Origin: Octopus vulgaris
Lineage: Eukaryota
Direction of reading: 5' to 3'
DNA length: 64,000 nucleotides
NCBI GenBank assembly: GCA_951406725.2
Contig: OX597831.1
Location: forward strand, 27,652,001 to 27,716,000
Positions 23,990 to 38,426 of this stretch are shown here, piece by piece (position 1 is the first letter of the stretch; every line of letters starts with the position of its first letter). The position numbers and the translations under genes are program-made. The notes below the pieces were generated by a model. It was not told the DNA's origin. It was given only the letters and a program-made list of their open reading frames with translations, and searched no databases.

Positions 23990-24690
23990 ACGTCATCACT
24001 ACCATCATCATCATCATCATCATCATCATCACCATCGTCGTCGTCGTCATCTTTGTCGGCATTATCGTAATCATCATCATCATTCCCATCCTCACCCCTT
24101 CACAGTTATCATGATGATGATGATCATCATCATCATTATCATCAGGAGCAGTACCAGTTGCAGCATCAGCACCAGCAGCTGCAGCACCACTAGAATCATC
24201 ATGTTCTTTCTCCTCCTCTTCGTTACCATCGTGTTTATCATCATCATCATCATCACCACCACCATCGCCACCATCGCCGTCACCATCATCATCGTCATCA
24301 CTATTATCACAACCACCAGTACCATCACCGTCGTCATCATTTATCATCATCATCATCACCACCACCACCACCATCGCCGTCACCATCATCATCGTCATCA
24401 CTATTATCACAACCACCAGTACCATCACCGCCGTCATCATTTATCATCGTCATCATCACCCCCATCCCACCCATCCGACACTGCCATCGTCATCATCATC
24501 ACCATCATCAACATCGTCATCATCATCAGCAGCAGCAGCATCAGAACCATCTCGTTCTTTCTTCCCCTCCTCTTCGTTATTGCTCATCATCATGTTTATC
24601 GCATTTATCATTACCATCATCATCACAATCACCATCACCACCACCACCATTACCACCACCACCACCACCACCACAACCACCATCACCACC
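23990..24690. repeat. (CAT/CAC)n trinucleotide low-complexity tract abutting an SLC28 splice acceptor
   Basis: Direct inspection; includes an internal ~100-bp duplication (24265-24450). Confidence 0.9.
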
Positions 24691-24858
24691 CCAGTGTTTC
24701 ACTGGTACTTAATTTATCGATCCCGGAGGGATGGAAGGCAAAGTCGACCTCGGCGGAATTTGAACTCGGGACATAAAGACGGACGAAATGCCGCAAAGCA
24801 TCTTGCCCGACGGGCTAACGATACTGCCAGCTTGCCGCCTTCTAAATAATAATAATAA

Positions 24859-24911
<53 letters not shown>

Positions 24912-25869
24912 ATAACAACAACAACAACAACTATGATCATATGGTCATCATTAATAATTTTTCTTCTTATGGCACTCCGTCGGGTACGACGAGGGTTCCA
25001 GTCGATCCAATCAACGGAACAGCTTGCTCGTGAAATTAACGTGCAAGTGGCTAAGCACTCCACAGACACGTGTACCCTTAACTCCACAGACACGTGTACC
25101 CTTCTCGGAGGAGATTCAGCGTGACACAGTGTGTAACAAAGCTGGCCCTTTAAAAATACAGGTGCAACAGAAACAGGAAGAAGGAGTGAGAAAAAGTTGT
25201 GGTGGAAGAGTACAGCAGGGTTCGCCACCCCACCCCATCCCTGCCGGAGCCTCGTGGATCTTTAGGTGTTTTCGCTCAATAAACACTCGCAACGCCCGGT
25301 CTGGGAATCGAAACCGCGATCCTACGACCGCGAGTCCGCTACATTAACCACTGGGCCATTGCGCCTCCACGCATTAATATTAATAATAATAATAATAATA
25401 ACAATAATAACAACAACGGCAATAATTTCTTTAATTTGTCACGGGTCCGTCTGATGAAGGGAACATTACAAAGACACAATAAATTGTGATAGTTTACATG
25501 AAAAAGAAGAGGGCAAAGAAAAGGAAGAGAGTAGAAAAGATGAGGTAGCCCGTTCAAAGGAACCTACAAATCCCAGATTATCCTAACTACCATGGGCACA
25601 ACCCCTCGCCCAACTTTTATTCTCCACTTTACAAGCGTATGCTTAGAGTAGATCCGTTCATCCTAATCGTCTCACCTTTCAAGACATTCATCAGAGGAGA
25701 GCACTTTCGTTTCTACCCTCACTGTTCTTTTCTAAGCAAAACTTGAAAAAAGTTGATGAGGGCTTGAGCGAAGAGTAAGTTGACTGTCTTCACTCTCTTC
25801 AGTCACGTCCACCGCAGAAATGCTGCTAATAATAATAATAATAATAATTATTATTATTAATGATAATAA

Positions 25870-26310
25870 ATAATCAGATACCAGGAAACCAAAAAAATGG
25901 CAGAAATTCAAAAGATAGTGCTCATGGGAACTGCCCCATATCCTACGTAAAATACTGTCTATGTAATCTCAAATTTTAAAACACATAATTTTCTTAAGGA
26001 TATTATTATAAAAGATCAGACAAAAAAGGTGTGTTTATTAATTGACATGAGTATTCCTTGCGATCACAATATAGCGGCGAAAGAATTTAACAAGATCAGT
26101 AAATATAAAGACTTGCTAACAGAAATTGAAAACATGTGGCATCTCAAGGTGACTACAGTACCAGTGATTGTAGGATCTCTAGGAATGATAAAAAAAAAAA
26201 AGGTACTGAAACCTATTTGAAAATGATACCAGCTTACCATCCCTACAGGAAGTGCAAAAAATCGTGTTAACAGGAATGACTCATGTACTGAGAAGAGCAT
26301 CATCGCTGTG
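25870..26310 (+). mobile_element. Restriction-like-endonuclease non-LTR retrotransposon (R4/Dong-type) 3' fragment
   Basis: KKVCLLIDMSIPCDHNIAAKEFNKISKYKDLLTEIENMWHLKVTTVPVIVGSLG...VQKIVLTG, with the REL-type D..IP...K..KY..L..E pattern. Frameshifted. Confidence 0.8.
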
Positions 26311-26484
26311 AAAACAACATCCATTCATGAATTTATTTATTTATCAACGTTTTTAAATACATATTTTACCTGTGAATTTCCGTGTGTAATCTGGGAATGC
26401 ATACAATGAGCTTCTCTGCCCTAGGTGTACGGAAAACACCCGGCGAGAAATGGAAGAAAATTTGAAGAAAGAAGGAAAATAATG

Positions 26485-26526
<42 letters not shown>

Positions 26527-26580
26527 GCGACGAGAGTGATGATGATGATAATGATGATGATGATGATGATGGAAACCTAC

Positions 26581-26722
26581 CTTTTTCCGCTCAACTGAGA
26601 AAATGTAGAATACTATCAGGTAAAATGCAAGACCTGCTAATGATATCAGATTGTTCGGTTGTTTGATGGCCACTTCCACGATAACCCATATCACCACAGC
26701 CAGAGCCAACGCTATCATAAAC
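26581..26722 (-). CDS. SLC28A3: SLC28/CNT exon
   Basis: Acceptor gttggcAG; (W)[47 protein letters not shown]; donor AG|GTAGGT; 142 nt, phase 2 to 0. LISLAGL matches the CNT TM4 region. Confidence 0.9.
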
Positions 26723-26791
26723 CTGCCAACGGGACAAGTATATACATATATATATATGCATGTATGCATGTATGTATGTATGTATGTGTGC

Positions 26792-26866
<75 letters not shown>

Positions 26867-27310
26867 TATAAGTATATATATACATATATACATATATACA
26901 CATGTACATACATATATGTATATACATATACATATATATATATATATAAATATATATATTTACACATATACATACATAATATATACGTATATAACATAAT
27001 ACAATAATAACGATCATACTATTATTAATAATGTTAATAATAACAACAATAACAATAATCATAATAATAATAATGATATCAACAATAAGAGCAACAATAA
27101 TAAAAGCCTCTCTCTATATAATATAGAACATATCGTGCTGAAGAGTTGCAGAATACGAGGTGTGCATATGCAGTAGAAGTCGCTTATTGTAATCACGGAT
27201 AATGTTATCAAATGGTTATTGTTAACAAAGTTAGTAGATTCGGAGTACCCTTAGGATATTGTTATATCCTCTACTCAATTTTATCTGCCAGTTACTGTCA
27301 TGTGAATTTG

Positions 27311-27632
27311 AGGGCACGTGGCTTAGTGGCCAGGGTATTCGGTTTACGATCGCAACGTTGTGAGTTCACTTTCCGGTGACCCGTTTTGTCCTTGAGCAAG
27401 ACATTTTTATTTCAGGCTGCTCCAATCCACTAACCTGGCAAAAATGAGTAACACCTGTATTTCAAAGGACCAGCTTTGTCACCCTCTGTATCACGCTGAA
27501 ACTCCCTGAGAACAGCGTTAAGGATACGCGTGTCTGTGGAATGCTCAGCCACTTGCATGTTAACTTTACGAGCAGGCTGTTCCGTTGATCAGATCAACTG
27601 GAACCGTCGTCGTCGTAACCGTCGGAGTGCCA
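27311..27632 (+). mobile_element. SINE family D (own head and centre, tail shared with family B)
   Basis: tRNA-like head gggcacgtggcttagtgg, flanked by duplicated TACTGTCATGTGAA. Other copies at 7220-7545(-) and 32640-32950(+). Confidence 0.8.
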
Positions 27633-27702
27633 CTTATATGTTATATACTGTCATGTGAAAGGCTCTGCTCCAAACATTGGGCACAAGAAACGTCTTCTAG
27701 CA

Positions 27703-27741
<39 letters not shown>

Positions 27742-27748
27742 GTAAATG

Positions 27749-27794
<46 letters not shown>

Positions 27795-27801
27795 ATGTAT
27801 A

Positions 27802-27849
<48 letters not shown>

Positions 27850-27853
27850 AATG

Positions 27854-27906
<53 letters not shown>

Positions 27907-29753
27907 ATAGATACATACATGTACATACATGTACATACATATATAGGTATATACACATGCATATATGGGTACAGGACGTCAAGAAATGTAAACAACATGA
28001 AATACATGGAAAACGAACTTTTTTGCGAACAACGAAAGAAACAAATAGAAAAACAAGACATGCAACATAAAGAACAATCCCTTCATCAGTTGTCCACTGT
28101 TTTATCTTCTTCGCATTTCGATCACTAGGACAAGCTGCGTCTTCGTCAAAACAGTTGCTCCCGCAATGCAAATTAAATAAAATTTGGGATTTGCGGAGGG
28201 TCAAAGTTGGTGACAAACGCAGGACAGTGAAAACAAACGGTAAGGGCTGTTAAGCCATAACGAGGTGAAGTGGTGAACGCTGGAGAAATAAGCTTTGACA
28301 GGAGACGGACAAAAATACGTGCTATTCTTGTAGCTGAGGAGAAGAAAGAAAGATGTCTGCTGGTCACGTGTGAGTAACAAGAGAGTCAAGGAGGAAGAGA
28401 GGGGGACAGATCGGTAACGGTGAATTAGAGAAAGAATGGGAGAGAAAAAATGGAGATAAAAAGTATATAAAGAGGAAGAGAGAGACAAAGAGAGAAAGTT
28501 GGTTAGTGTATATGAACGTTGGCATCTAAATAAGCTGAGAGGAAACTGAGTATAGGATGAATAAGGTTTAGTGAGCAAGAGAAAAAACTGAATTGGTTTT
28601 GATATATGAAGGATGACAGCTGTATAAAGAAACCCAAGGCATTCAAAATGGACGGAGCCTGTGAAAAATGGAGATTTCCAGAAAGCATGGGACGACGCAA
28701 TGAAGATTGATCTGACGATACTGGGCCTCATAAGGATGATAAAGGACCCTGACGGTTGGTGATAATTGGTTTTGGAGAAGAACTACCCTCCTAAACAATC
28801 ATGGATAAAAAAAAAATGTTAACATGGCGGGAATTATGAAGCCTGGGTGGTGTAAGATATATTTCCATTTGTGTTTCTTATGCGTAAAGTCCCTATTAAA
28901 CCTGCTGTTCCTCACCTTTTCGATACTCCTTTGTCCCTCTAGCACTCACTCTCTCCATTCATCTTCTTCCCTATTCACTGCACCATGTTGCCTGTGTAAC
29001 GAGGGGTTGCATCGAACCTGATCATATTCAGCATCCGGCCTTCTCTTTTTTTCTCTCTTTCTCACCGAGAACACTACGTATGAGGGATTGCAGTGGAATT
29101 GGATCTTTAGCATTTGGTACACGCCTCTATCAACCTCAATGTGCCACCATCCATCATAACCTCCAACAGGCTACTCGTTATTCCTTTCCACCACTCGTCC
29201 TTATCATGGCCGCTATCTCTCCTTCAAAAACACATCAATAAACTTACAAATACCAAGTCACTCTTCCCTTTCTCCCTCCCATCATCGTCTCTCTTTCACT
29301 ACACCCACTAACGCTATCTCCTTTATTTATTTCCCCCTTTATCTTCCACTCACCTCAATCACTCTATTTATTCAATTATACTCTCATCGTTGTCACCCTC
29401 TCACCCTGGTCTAACTTCTATCATCACCTATTTCGCCTTCTATTATCACCTTCTGGTCTAATATACAACGTGTATTGGTTAGATCGTGAGCATAGACAAC
29501 GTGGGGCCGAAAGGACATTCGTATTTGCACGGTTCTGCTTTATGTTATTATAATCTTTGTGTTTACGTGTCGTAAATAGCTTTCTTACTATTGACTCTCT
29601 TGCGTTGAATAATACTGTTAGAATGCGGCAAATTTGCAACGATATCCAATGAAAAGCTCACGGACAGATTTTACATTTACATCCGTTTGCATTTCGTTAT
29701 TTGTTGTCTATATTTAATTTCGCTTTCTCATACATTTTCTCATTCATTGTGCA

Positions 29754-29788
<35 letters not shown>

Positions 29789-29953
29789 TGTATGTTTCGC
29801 AGGTAAGAAGCTTGCTTCACAACTGCATAGTTCTAAGTTCAGTCCCACTGCGTGGCACTTTGGGGTGTCCTCTGCCAACCAAAGCCATGTGAGTGGATTT
29901 GGTAGACGAAAACTGAAAGGAGCTCGTCGTGTGTGTATATATATATGTATGTA

Positions 29954-30000
<47 letters not shown>

Positions 30001-30003
<3 letters not shown>

Positions 30004-30290
30004 GAGACACATGGCCTTGTGCTTAGAGCAGCGGACTCACGATCGAGGGATCGCGGGTTCGACACTCAGACCGGGCGATGTATGCGTTTATGAGCGAAAC
30101 ACCTAAACTCCACGCGGCTTCGGCAGAAGGTAATGGCGAATTTCTACTGACTCTTTCGCTACAACTTTCTCTCACTCTTACCTTCTGCGTCTAGCAACTC
30201 ACCTGCAACGTCCAAGTGAGGAACCTATACGCCAATGAAACCGTAAAACTGGCCCTTATGAGCCAGGCACAGCTCGAGAAGGAACAAGTA
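30001..30290 (+). mobile_element. SINE family C (B-like head, different tail), nested in the microsatellite of a family A copy
   Basis: gtggagacacatggccttgtgcttagagcagcggactc...gggttcgac. Other copies at 40130-40657(-, interrupted) and 53995-54230(+). Confidence 0.8.
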
Positions 30291-30556
30291 ACAACGAAAT
30301 ATACATGCGTGTGTTTCCACCCCACCGCCTGACAACTGATGCTGGTGTGTTTACGTCCTCGTAACTTAGCGGTTCGAGAAGAGAGACCTATAGAATAAGT
30401 ACTAGGCTTGAAAAATATTCCTGGGGTCGATTTTTTCGACTAAAATCTACAGCATGGTAACAGTGAAATGACTCAAACAAGTAAAAGATATTATATATAC
30501 TCTTTTACTCTTTTACTTGTTTCAGTCATTTGACTGCGGTCATGCTGGAGCACCAC

Positions 30557-30603
<47 letters not shown>

Positions 30604-30669
30604 AAGATAATTCTTTTTTATCTTTAATTAACTAAACTCATCAAACACACTAATATTTTAAGAATGAGC

Positions 30670-31550
30670 ACCACCACCACCGCCACGGCCATGACCCACC
30701 AACTCTACAGCTGCTGCTGCTACTGCTACTACTACTACTACTACTACTACTACTAATACTGCCACCACCACAATCTCCGGCACCGATACCATCACTACCA
30801 ATAGCTTCACCTCCACCCTCCACCTCCACCAACACCAGAACCACTACTACCACCGCCATTACCATCATCATCAACGTCGACGTCATCATCATCATCATCA
30901 CCACTAACAATCACTCTCAACAGCATCATCACCACTTCCATTACCACTGCTAATATTGCTGTCACCACTACTTCTACCACCATCACCACCACCTCTACTA
31001 CCACTACTACCGCCACTATATCATCACCGCTACCATTATTCCTACTACTACCACTAGCAGCAGTACCAGCCATACCACCACTATCACCACCACAACCAAC
31101 CACCACAGCCTCCCTCTCCACCGCCACGGCCTCGTCCCTTCACCACTACGGCCACCACGTCCACCACCACCACGGCTTCCCTCTTCACTACCACGGCTAC
31201 CGGCTCCACCACCACTGCCTCCCCCTCCACCACGGCTACCACGATCACCACCACTGCCTCCCCCCTCCACCACCACGGCTACCGGCTCCTCCACCACGGC
31301 TACCACGATCACCACCACGGCCTCCCCCTCCACCACTATGGCTACCGGCTCCACCGCCACGGCTACCGGCTCCACCACCACGGCTACCGGCTCCTCCACC
31401 ACGGCTACCACGATCACCACCACGGCCTCCCCCTCCACCACTACGGCTACCGGCTCCACCGCCACGGCCTCCCCTCCACCACCACGGCCTCCCCTTCCAC
31501 TACCATGTCCACCGCCCCCACCACCACGGCCACCACGACCACCACCACAA
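30670..31550. repeat. (CAC/CTAC)-rich minisatellite
   Basis: Recurrent units caccacggctaccggctc and cacggcctccccctccac. Confidence 0.9.
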
Positions 31551-32218
31551 TGACCTTTTATTATCAACGTTACTTAACGCTATCTGGCCAGATAAAACAA
31601 ATTTAGACAGCCAGACATTCAACTCGAACTACAAACGCTGAGATAACGGTTATTTACAGAACTGCCAACGACCTGACCTAGCTAATAATGAGCAGGTTGG
31701 AATGTGGGCCAAATGGTACGGTTATGACTTAAGGGCTTGTTGCTGTTGTTGTTATTATTGTTTCGTCCCAGTTTTAATCCTTATTCGCAAGCCTATAATC
31801 AAAGGATTGTAGCTCCAGTTGTGTTTCGTAACCACGTGTTTCGGAGTTCGATCTCACAGCACGGTGCCTTGGGCGGCTAGGTGTTTCCTTCCAAGCCTTT
31901 GCGATTGGAATTTGGTAGGGACAAACTATATAGAAACCAGTCGGGAGACCATTTCAAGTTTAGGATTTAGCACCCGTCCCCCACAGATCCTCGGACGACT
32001 TTAGCAGAGTACACACTTTTGTAAACATTTGGACCAGGCCTCTCTAACCTGAGTATAACTTCCTCCGCCAGAAAACCCTGGAAGTCCAGTAAAAGGTCAT
32101 GGGTACACTCCATCTTCCTTCGACTAAGTGATGACAAAATTCGTGACCATCACGTCTTTTAGAGAAGTTATTTAATGTATTCTTTTCTTATTTAAGATGA
32201 CAGGATATGATTTGCAAT

Positions 32219-32600
32219 TGGAGGCGCAATGGCCCAGTGGTTAGGGCAGCGGACTCGCGGTCGTAGGATCGCGGTTTCGATTCCCAGACCGGGCGTTGTG
32301 AGTGTTTATTGAGCGAAAACGCCTAAAGCTCCACGAGGCTCCGGCAGGGATGGTGGTGATCCCTGCTGTACTCTTTCACCACAACTTTCTCTCACTCTTA
32401 CTTCCTGTTTCTGTTGTACCTGTATTTCAAAGGGCCGGCCTTGTCACTCTCTATGTCACGCTGAATATCCCCGAGAACTACGTTAAGGGTGCACGTGTCT
32501 GTGGAGTGCTCAGCCACTTACACGTTAATTTCACGAGCAGGCTGTTCCGTTGATCGGATCAACCGGAAACCTCATCGTCGTAACCGACGGAGTGTTTCCA
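32219..32600 (+). mobile_element. SINE family B
   Basis: Full length with flanking TTTGCAATTG duplication. Further plus copies at 43930-44291 and 56055-56436 (TSD ATATATTACATC). Confidence 0.92.
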
Positions 32601-34436
32601 AATCCCGGTTTGCAATTGATTTTGTTGCTATCTTTAGCAGTGAAGGTACGTGGCTTAGTGGTTAGGGTATTCGGCTCGCGATGGTAAAATCGTGAGTTCG
32701 ATTCCCGTCGATGCGTTGTGTCCCTCAGCAAAACATATTATTTCACGTTCCTCTAGTCCACTCAGTTGGCAAAAATGAGTTCTACCTTGTAATTCAGAGA
32801 GCCAGCTTTGTTACATTCTTTATCATGTTGAATCTTCCTGAGAACTACGTTAAGGGTACGCATGTCTGTGGAGTGCTCAGCCACTTGCACTTAATTTCAG
32901 GAGCCGTCTGTTCCGTTGATCGGATCAACTGGAACACTCGTCATCGTTACCATCTGAGAGCCAGGCCGATCTGGAGCAGCAGGAGTTATCAAGGAGAGAT
33001 TTCCTTGTTGGCAGGTTTGTTCCAGTGTAAAACAAAAGGTATGATAGGTGCTATGGTATGGAGTGAGGGTAATGCTGTATGGTTGGAAATACGGTGTCGT
33101 GGGTAATATAGTGTTGCTGTTGTTTTGGCGGTGGTTAACATGTGATGTATGATATAGTGTAGACATGAGACGTTTTCAGCAGTGCATAATGTACCATTTC
33201 TACAAATTCAACATGTATTCAAGTCCGGTGATAATTAAGTATCTTTGATGTGTTACAGTTCACTATATTTGTGAAGGGATAAGTGATTGAAATAATACTT
33301 TTTAAATATTTCTTCCGGCATTGACACATAGTGTTTATGAATGATGTTTAGGTTTTGGCTTGGAGGAGGTAACTGCTGCCTCGTAGATAATAGCTTCAGC
33401 GTTTCCCCTGCAGGATTAGTGGGGCACGCATTTCACTTACAACATATGCAGTTAGCAAACGTTGAGATGGTTTACTTATAAAGTCGTTCATATTTGTAAT
33501 ACAGCTGTAACTCAGTTTATTTCTGTAGAATAGTTTTCTGTACCAGTGATTAATAAGTAAAGAGTAAAGAAAGACACCCTCGTTGGTATATAAATACATA
33601 AAGTATAAAAATGTGATTTGAGGGAGATTGGGACTGTTATTTCTTTCAGACAATAGGTTATACTCTTTTACTCTTTTACTTGTTTCAGTCATTTGACTGC
33701 GGCCATGTTGGAGCACCGCCTTTAGTCGAGCAAATCGACCCCGGGACTTATTCTTTGTAAGCCCAGTACTTATTCTATCAGTCTCTTTTGCCGAACCGCT
33801 AAGTGACGGGGACGTAAACACACCAGCATCGGTTGTCAAGCAATGCTAGGGGGATAAACACACACACATACACACATATATACGACAGGCTTCTTTCAGT
33901 TTCCGTCTACCAAATCCACTCACAAGGCATTGGTCGGCCCGGGGCTATAGCAGAAGGCACTTGCCCAAGATGCCACGCAGTGGGACTGAACCCGGAACTA
34001 TGTGGTTGGTTAGCAAGCTACTTACCACACAGCCACTCCTGCGCCTGTATATATCTTACAAATCCCAAACAGTAATGAAATGTAAATAAAACGCCACTGT
34101 CATCACATCGAGTGTAAAAGAGAGATAGAGAAATAGAAAGATAGATAGATAGAGAGAGAGACGGAGGGTGGGAGAGAGGAGAGAGATTATAAAAAGTTTG
34201 ATGGAGGAAGAAAGATTTTAAGCATGTTCTGTTAGCATATCTTAGAAAGTTTCTTTAAATCATACTAAATCTCCTTTTTAATCGAATGTGTTTCTCATTC
34301 TCCTATTTGACTGACATCATAGTAGAGTGTGGATTGAAATAAATTCGGTTCCTATTTCTCAAAATGAATCTTATACAAAACTTTCTTGTATATGTGTATA
34401 TGTGCTTGTGAGTGTATGTATGTATGTCATATATGC

Positions 34437-34488
<52 letters not shown>

Positions 34489-34964
34489 TTTTATTCTTTT
34501 ACTTGTTTCAGTCGTGTAACTGCAGCTATTGTAGATCATGAATAATAAATTATTTTATCGATCATTGAAGGGAGAAAAGCGACGTTGATCCCGATGTGAT
34601 TCGATCTCAGACTATAAAAATTTATAATTTAATATAAGGTTTTTTTATATCTGGTATTCTAGCATTTCTCGCAGTCCTTGGCGACTGAATGAAAGGCAGA
34701 GTGCTCACATACGTGATGCTTTTTTTTACCGTAAGTCTATTCGATTAGGCCTGGGCTAAAACAAAAAACACCACCATGAACATAGTAAGGAATATTTTAC
34801 TAGTGAGAAAAAGAGATGAGAGAGACAGAGAAAAACTAAAAAAAGAAAGTGAATAGTGTGTGAGGGAAAGAGAGGTACCTTGAGGTAGATAATGAAAAGA
34901 AAGAGAAAGAGATAGAGAGGGAGACAATTGGGCGAGGCATGAAGATTTTGATTGCATTACTTAC

Positions 34965-35326
34965 CATCTGCAATAAGTCCGTATCTTCTCTCCGGTGTAT
35001 GTTTGCATTCTTTCACTAACATTATTGGCGATTTGGTCGTTAAGTTTAAGCCTGTTATTCAAGAAGTGGTAGAGGATAATGAAAGCCGCAAAGAGCGTGA
35101 GAATGAGAAGACATATTGAAGCCCCGTCTCCTTGCCCAAAATGCATGGCCCAACCGAAGTAGATCAAATAAAGAATAACCAGTAATATGTAAAACCCTGT
35201 ACACAAATACGGCTTCGCTTTTTGATAGTAGCTTTTTTCTTCGGGTTCGGGATCTTCTGGCTCCAATCTTTTCGGGTCTGGTTTGCAGTTCAAGTCTGAA
35301 TCGGGTATTTCCGTAAATCCGACATT
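34965..35326 (-). CDS. SLC28A3: SLC28/CNT nucleoside cotransporter, first securely linked coding exon (N-terminal tail plus first TM helices)
   Basis: Acceptor tcttatctttttAG, then NVGFTEIPDSDLNCKPDPKRLEPED...GFYILLVILYLIYFGWAMHFG...KIRTYCR-TG, then donor GTAAGT. The phase-2 end joins the 26722 exon to complete W. The symbol is family-level (SLC28A3-like); orthology not established. Confidence 0.8.
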
Positions 35327-36171
35327 CTAAAAAGATAAGAAAAATATGAAGGTAAAAGGACAATAAAAAAGAAATGAAAAAAAAATCAATAAATATAATG
35401 TATATATAAGCATACATATATTTAAACACACACACGTTCATATGCACATATATACATACATGCACATATATACATATACACATAATTCTGTTGAACTACG
35501 TTTAGCAACTAAAGAAAAATACCTAATTTTACAAACTTTTGATCTATTTTTGTCCATAGTACCAAATACATCAACGGGAAAACTTTCTGCAATCTTTGTA
35601 GTAAAGAAAGATTACAAGTGTCATATAAAGCAACAGATATTCTAAACAGAAAGTCCGAGTTGATGTCCAATTGTCGTCATAAAAAGTTCTATATTTTTAT
35701 TTATAAATAAAACACCGTATCCGAAGTGATCCACCAAATCTAGATCTAGATCACCGAAAGTTTACTCACTAGCAAACCAGAAGCCAACTGAAAGTTCACA
35801 ATAATCGTTGTCTTTAACAGTCAGCCATACCGAGAGCTTTAAGTACTAACCATGAACGTAGAAAATTACTAGAGGGAATGAAACAATGAGCACATGAATA
35901 TACCCGGTCACTGGATATAAGATAGGAGAGGCAGCAAAAATAGTCTTATGTTGGTTTTGGAGTCAGAGAAAGAAATCAAAGAGGATATGAAGGAAGCCAT
36001 CACCGCCGATTCACCAATGGGAGGGTGTTACGGTTCAGGATCGAAACACTCAATTATCGTTGAACACTGTCTGACGACATCGATTCATCCAGACCAAAGC
36101 TGTGTTCAACACAGGCGAACGAAGGCAAAGCATTTTCTTTAACATGTAATCAATATGAACGTGTATGTGTA

Positions 36172-36203
<32 letters not shown>

Positions 36204-36807
36204 AGCAAAAATCAAGTTTTCAGGATTTTGGACCACCTGAAAAGAACATTTCCACACAGTTTGTTATTTCATAAATCCAGCTGTAGTTCTCGAAAAATAA
36301 TATTATTCATTCTTCTGGTCCACTGTTCCTACATTTCATTCATATCTTCATTGAATCCAGCATTTATTTATTTATTTATTTAATTACTTATTTATTTGTC
36401 GAGGCGGCAACTTTAGAACACAACCACAGTGATAAGAATATTTTTCTTTTAAAAATAGAAATGAAAGAGTAATCGTGACAAATTTAATAGAGAAGCAACT
36501 GAAAAAACCATTAAAATGATCGTCTCCATCGCTTCAATTTCCCTAGCAGAAAATAATCTCACCACTTACCGCCACCATCCCTATCATCACCACCAACAAC
36601 AATAACAACAACAATACCACCACCAACAACGAAACCACCGCCGCCGCCACCATCTTCTCAATAGCAACAGTAGCGTGCAATACCCAAAATTCTCACTTTT
36701 ACACTGATAAATAACTTCAAAAGTCTATCTATCTATCTATCTATCTATACCTACCTACCTATCTATCTATCTATCTATCTACCTACCTACCTACCTAACT
36801 ACCCACC

Positions 36808-36846
<39 letters not shown>

Positions 36847-37168
36847 CTGTCTATTCTCCCTCCCTCCCGCCCTCTTTCTATCTATTCTCTCCCCACTTTC
36901 TCTCTCTCTCTTTATCTGTCTATCTGTCTGTCTGCTTGTCTGTCTATCTATCTATTCTCTGTCCCTCCCGCTCTCTATCTATTCTCTCCCCACTCTCGCT
37001 CTCTCTTTCTGTCTGTTTGTCTCTGTCTGTCTTTCTCTGTCTGTCTGTCTCTGTCTGTCTTTCTCTGTCTCTCTGTCTGTCTTTCTCTGTCTCTCTCTGT
37101 CTATCTAGCTAGCTATTCTCCCTCTCTCCCTCCCTCTCTCTACCTATTCTCTCCTCATTCTCTCTATA

Positions 37169-37222
<54 letters not shown>

Positions 37223-37548
37223 CATCCATCCTTTCACCGGGTACTCTCAATGTTTTTCTTTGCCACTCTCCATTTCAGTTATTTTTGGTATTAAAGCTAC
37301 TAACCACCCCCGTTGACCACCAACGCAGTGAATATCTTTCTCGGGCAAGTGTCGCCCCAACAGGAAAGACGTAAAAAACTAAACAAATCCATGTCTTTTT
37401 ATCAGTTCACTTGGCTGTATGTAACTTTACACCGGTCTTTATAAAACGAGAGAAGAACGAGAGTGACGCCGGTGAAAATAATCAATTATTTACTCGAGAT
37501 AAATTACAAAAGTTTCCCGATTTTTTTCTTCCGTTTTTTTTTCCCCCC

Positions 37549-38209
37549 TTTTACTTCTTTCAGTCATTTGACTGCGGCCATGCTGGAGCACTGCCTTTAC
37601 TCGAACAAATCGACCCCCCCTTCCCAGGATTTATTCTCTGTAAGCCTAGTACTTATTCGATCGGTCTCTTTTACCGAACGGCTAAGTTACGGGGACGCGA
37701 TGGTGGGGGGGGGGCAAACACAGACATACAAACACACACACACATTCTTTTACTTTCTTTTCTTTTACTTGTTTCAGTCATTTGACTGCGGCCATGCTGG
37801 AGCACTGCCTTTACTCGAACAAATCGACCCCCCCCCCAGGATTTATTCTCTGTAAGCCTAGTACTTATTCGATCGGTCTCTTTTACCGAACGGCTAAGTT
37901 ACGGGGACGCGATGGTGGTGGTGGTGGTGGTGGGGGAACAAACACAGACATACAAACACACACACACGCACACACATTCTTTTACTTTCTTTTCTTTTAC
38001 TTGCTTCGGTCATTTGACTGCGGCCATGCTGGAACGCCGCCTTTAGTCGAGCAAATCGACCCCAGAGCTTAGTCTTTGTAAGCCTAGTACTTATTCTATC
38101 GGTCTCATTTTGCCGAACCGTTAAGTTACGGGGACATAAACACACTAGCATCGGTTGTCAAGCGATGTTGGGGGGACAAATACAGACTCACAAACATATA
38201 CACACACAT

Positions 38210-38264
<55 letters not shown>

Positions 38265-38426
38265 CGACGGCTTCTTCCAGTTTCCGTCTACTAAATCCAC
38301 TCACAAGGCCTAGGTCGGCCCGAGGCTATAGTAGAAGACACTTGCCCAAGGTGCCACGCAGTGGAACTGAACCCAGGACCATGTGGTTGGTAAGCAAACT
38401 ACTTACCACACAGCCACTCTGCGCCT
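37549..38426 (-). mobile_element. SINE family A with triplicated 3' half
   Basis: Three tandem tail units starting near 37549, 37764 and 37995, and a single head at 38426. Confidence 0.85.

Noticed and set aside
23958-24776. 272-aa His/Ile-rich ORF and the opposite-strand Asp/Met-rich ORFs
   Set aside because: Products of a (CAT/CAC)n tract in an SLC28 intron; there are no splice or homology cues.
31016-31567. 183-aa Gly/Val-rich (or mucin-like Thr-rich) ORF
   Set aside because: Minisatellite without stops by composition; intronic with no flanking splice signals.
32219-32295. tRNA-Arg-like sequences (also 13820-13897, 43930-44005, 56055-56130)
   Set aside because: They are SINE heads followed by the family body and TSDs, and the acceptor stem does not pair; not tRNA genes.
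33150-33390. Possible Penelope GIY-YIG C-terminal remnant (TLCTAEN-like) on the minus strand
   Set aside because: Too short and degenerate to call without a profile search.
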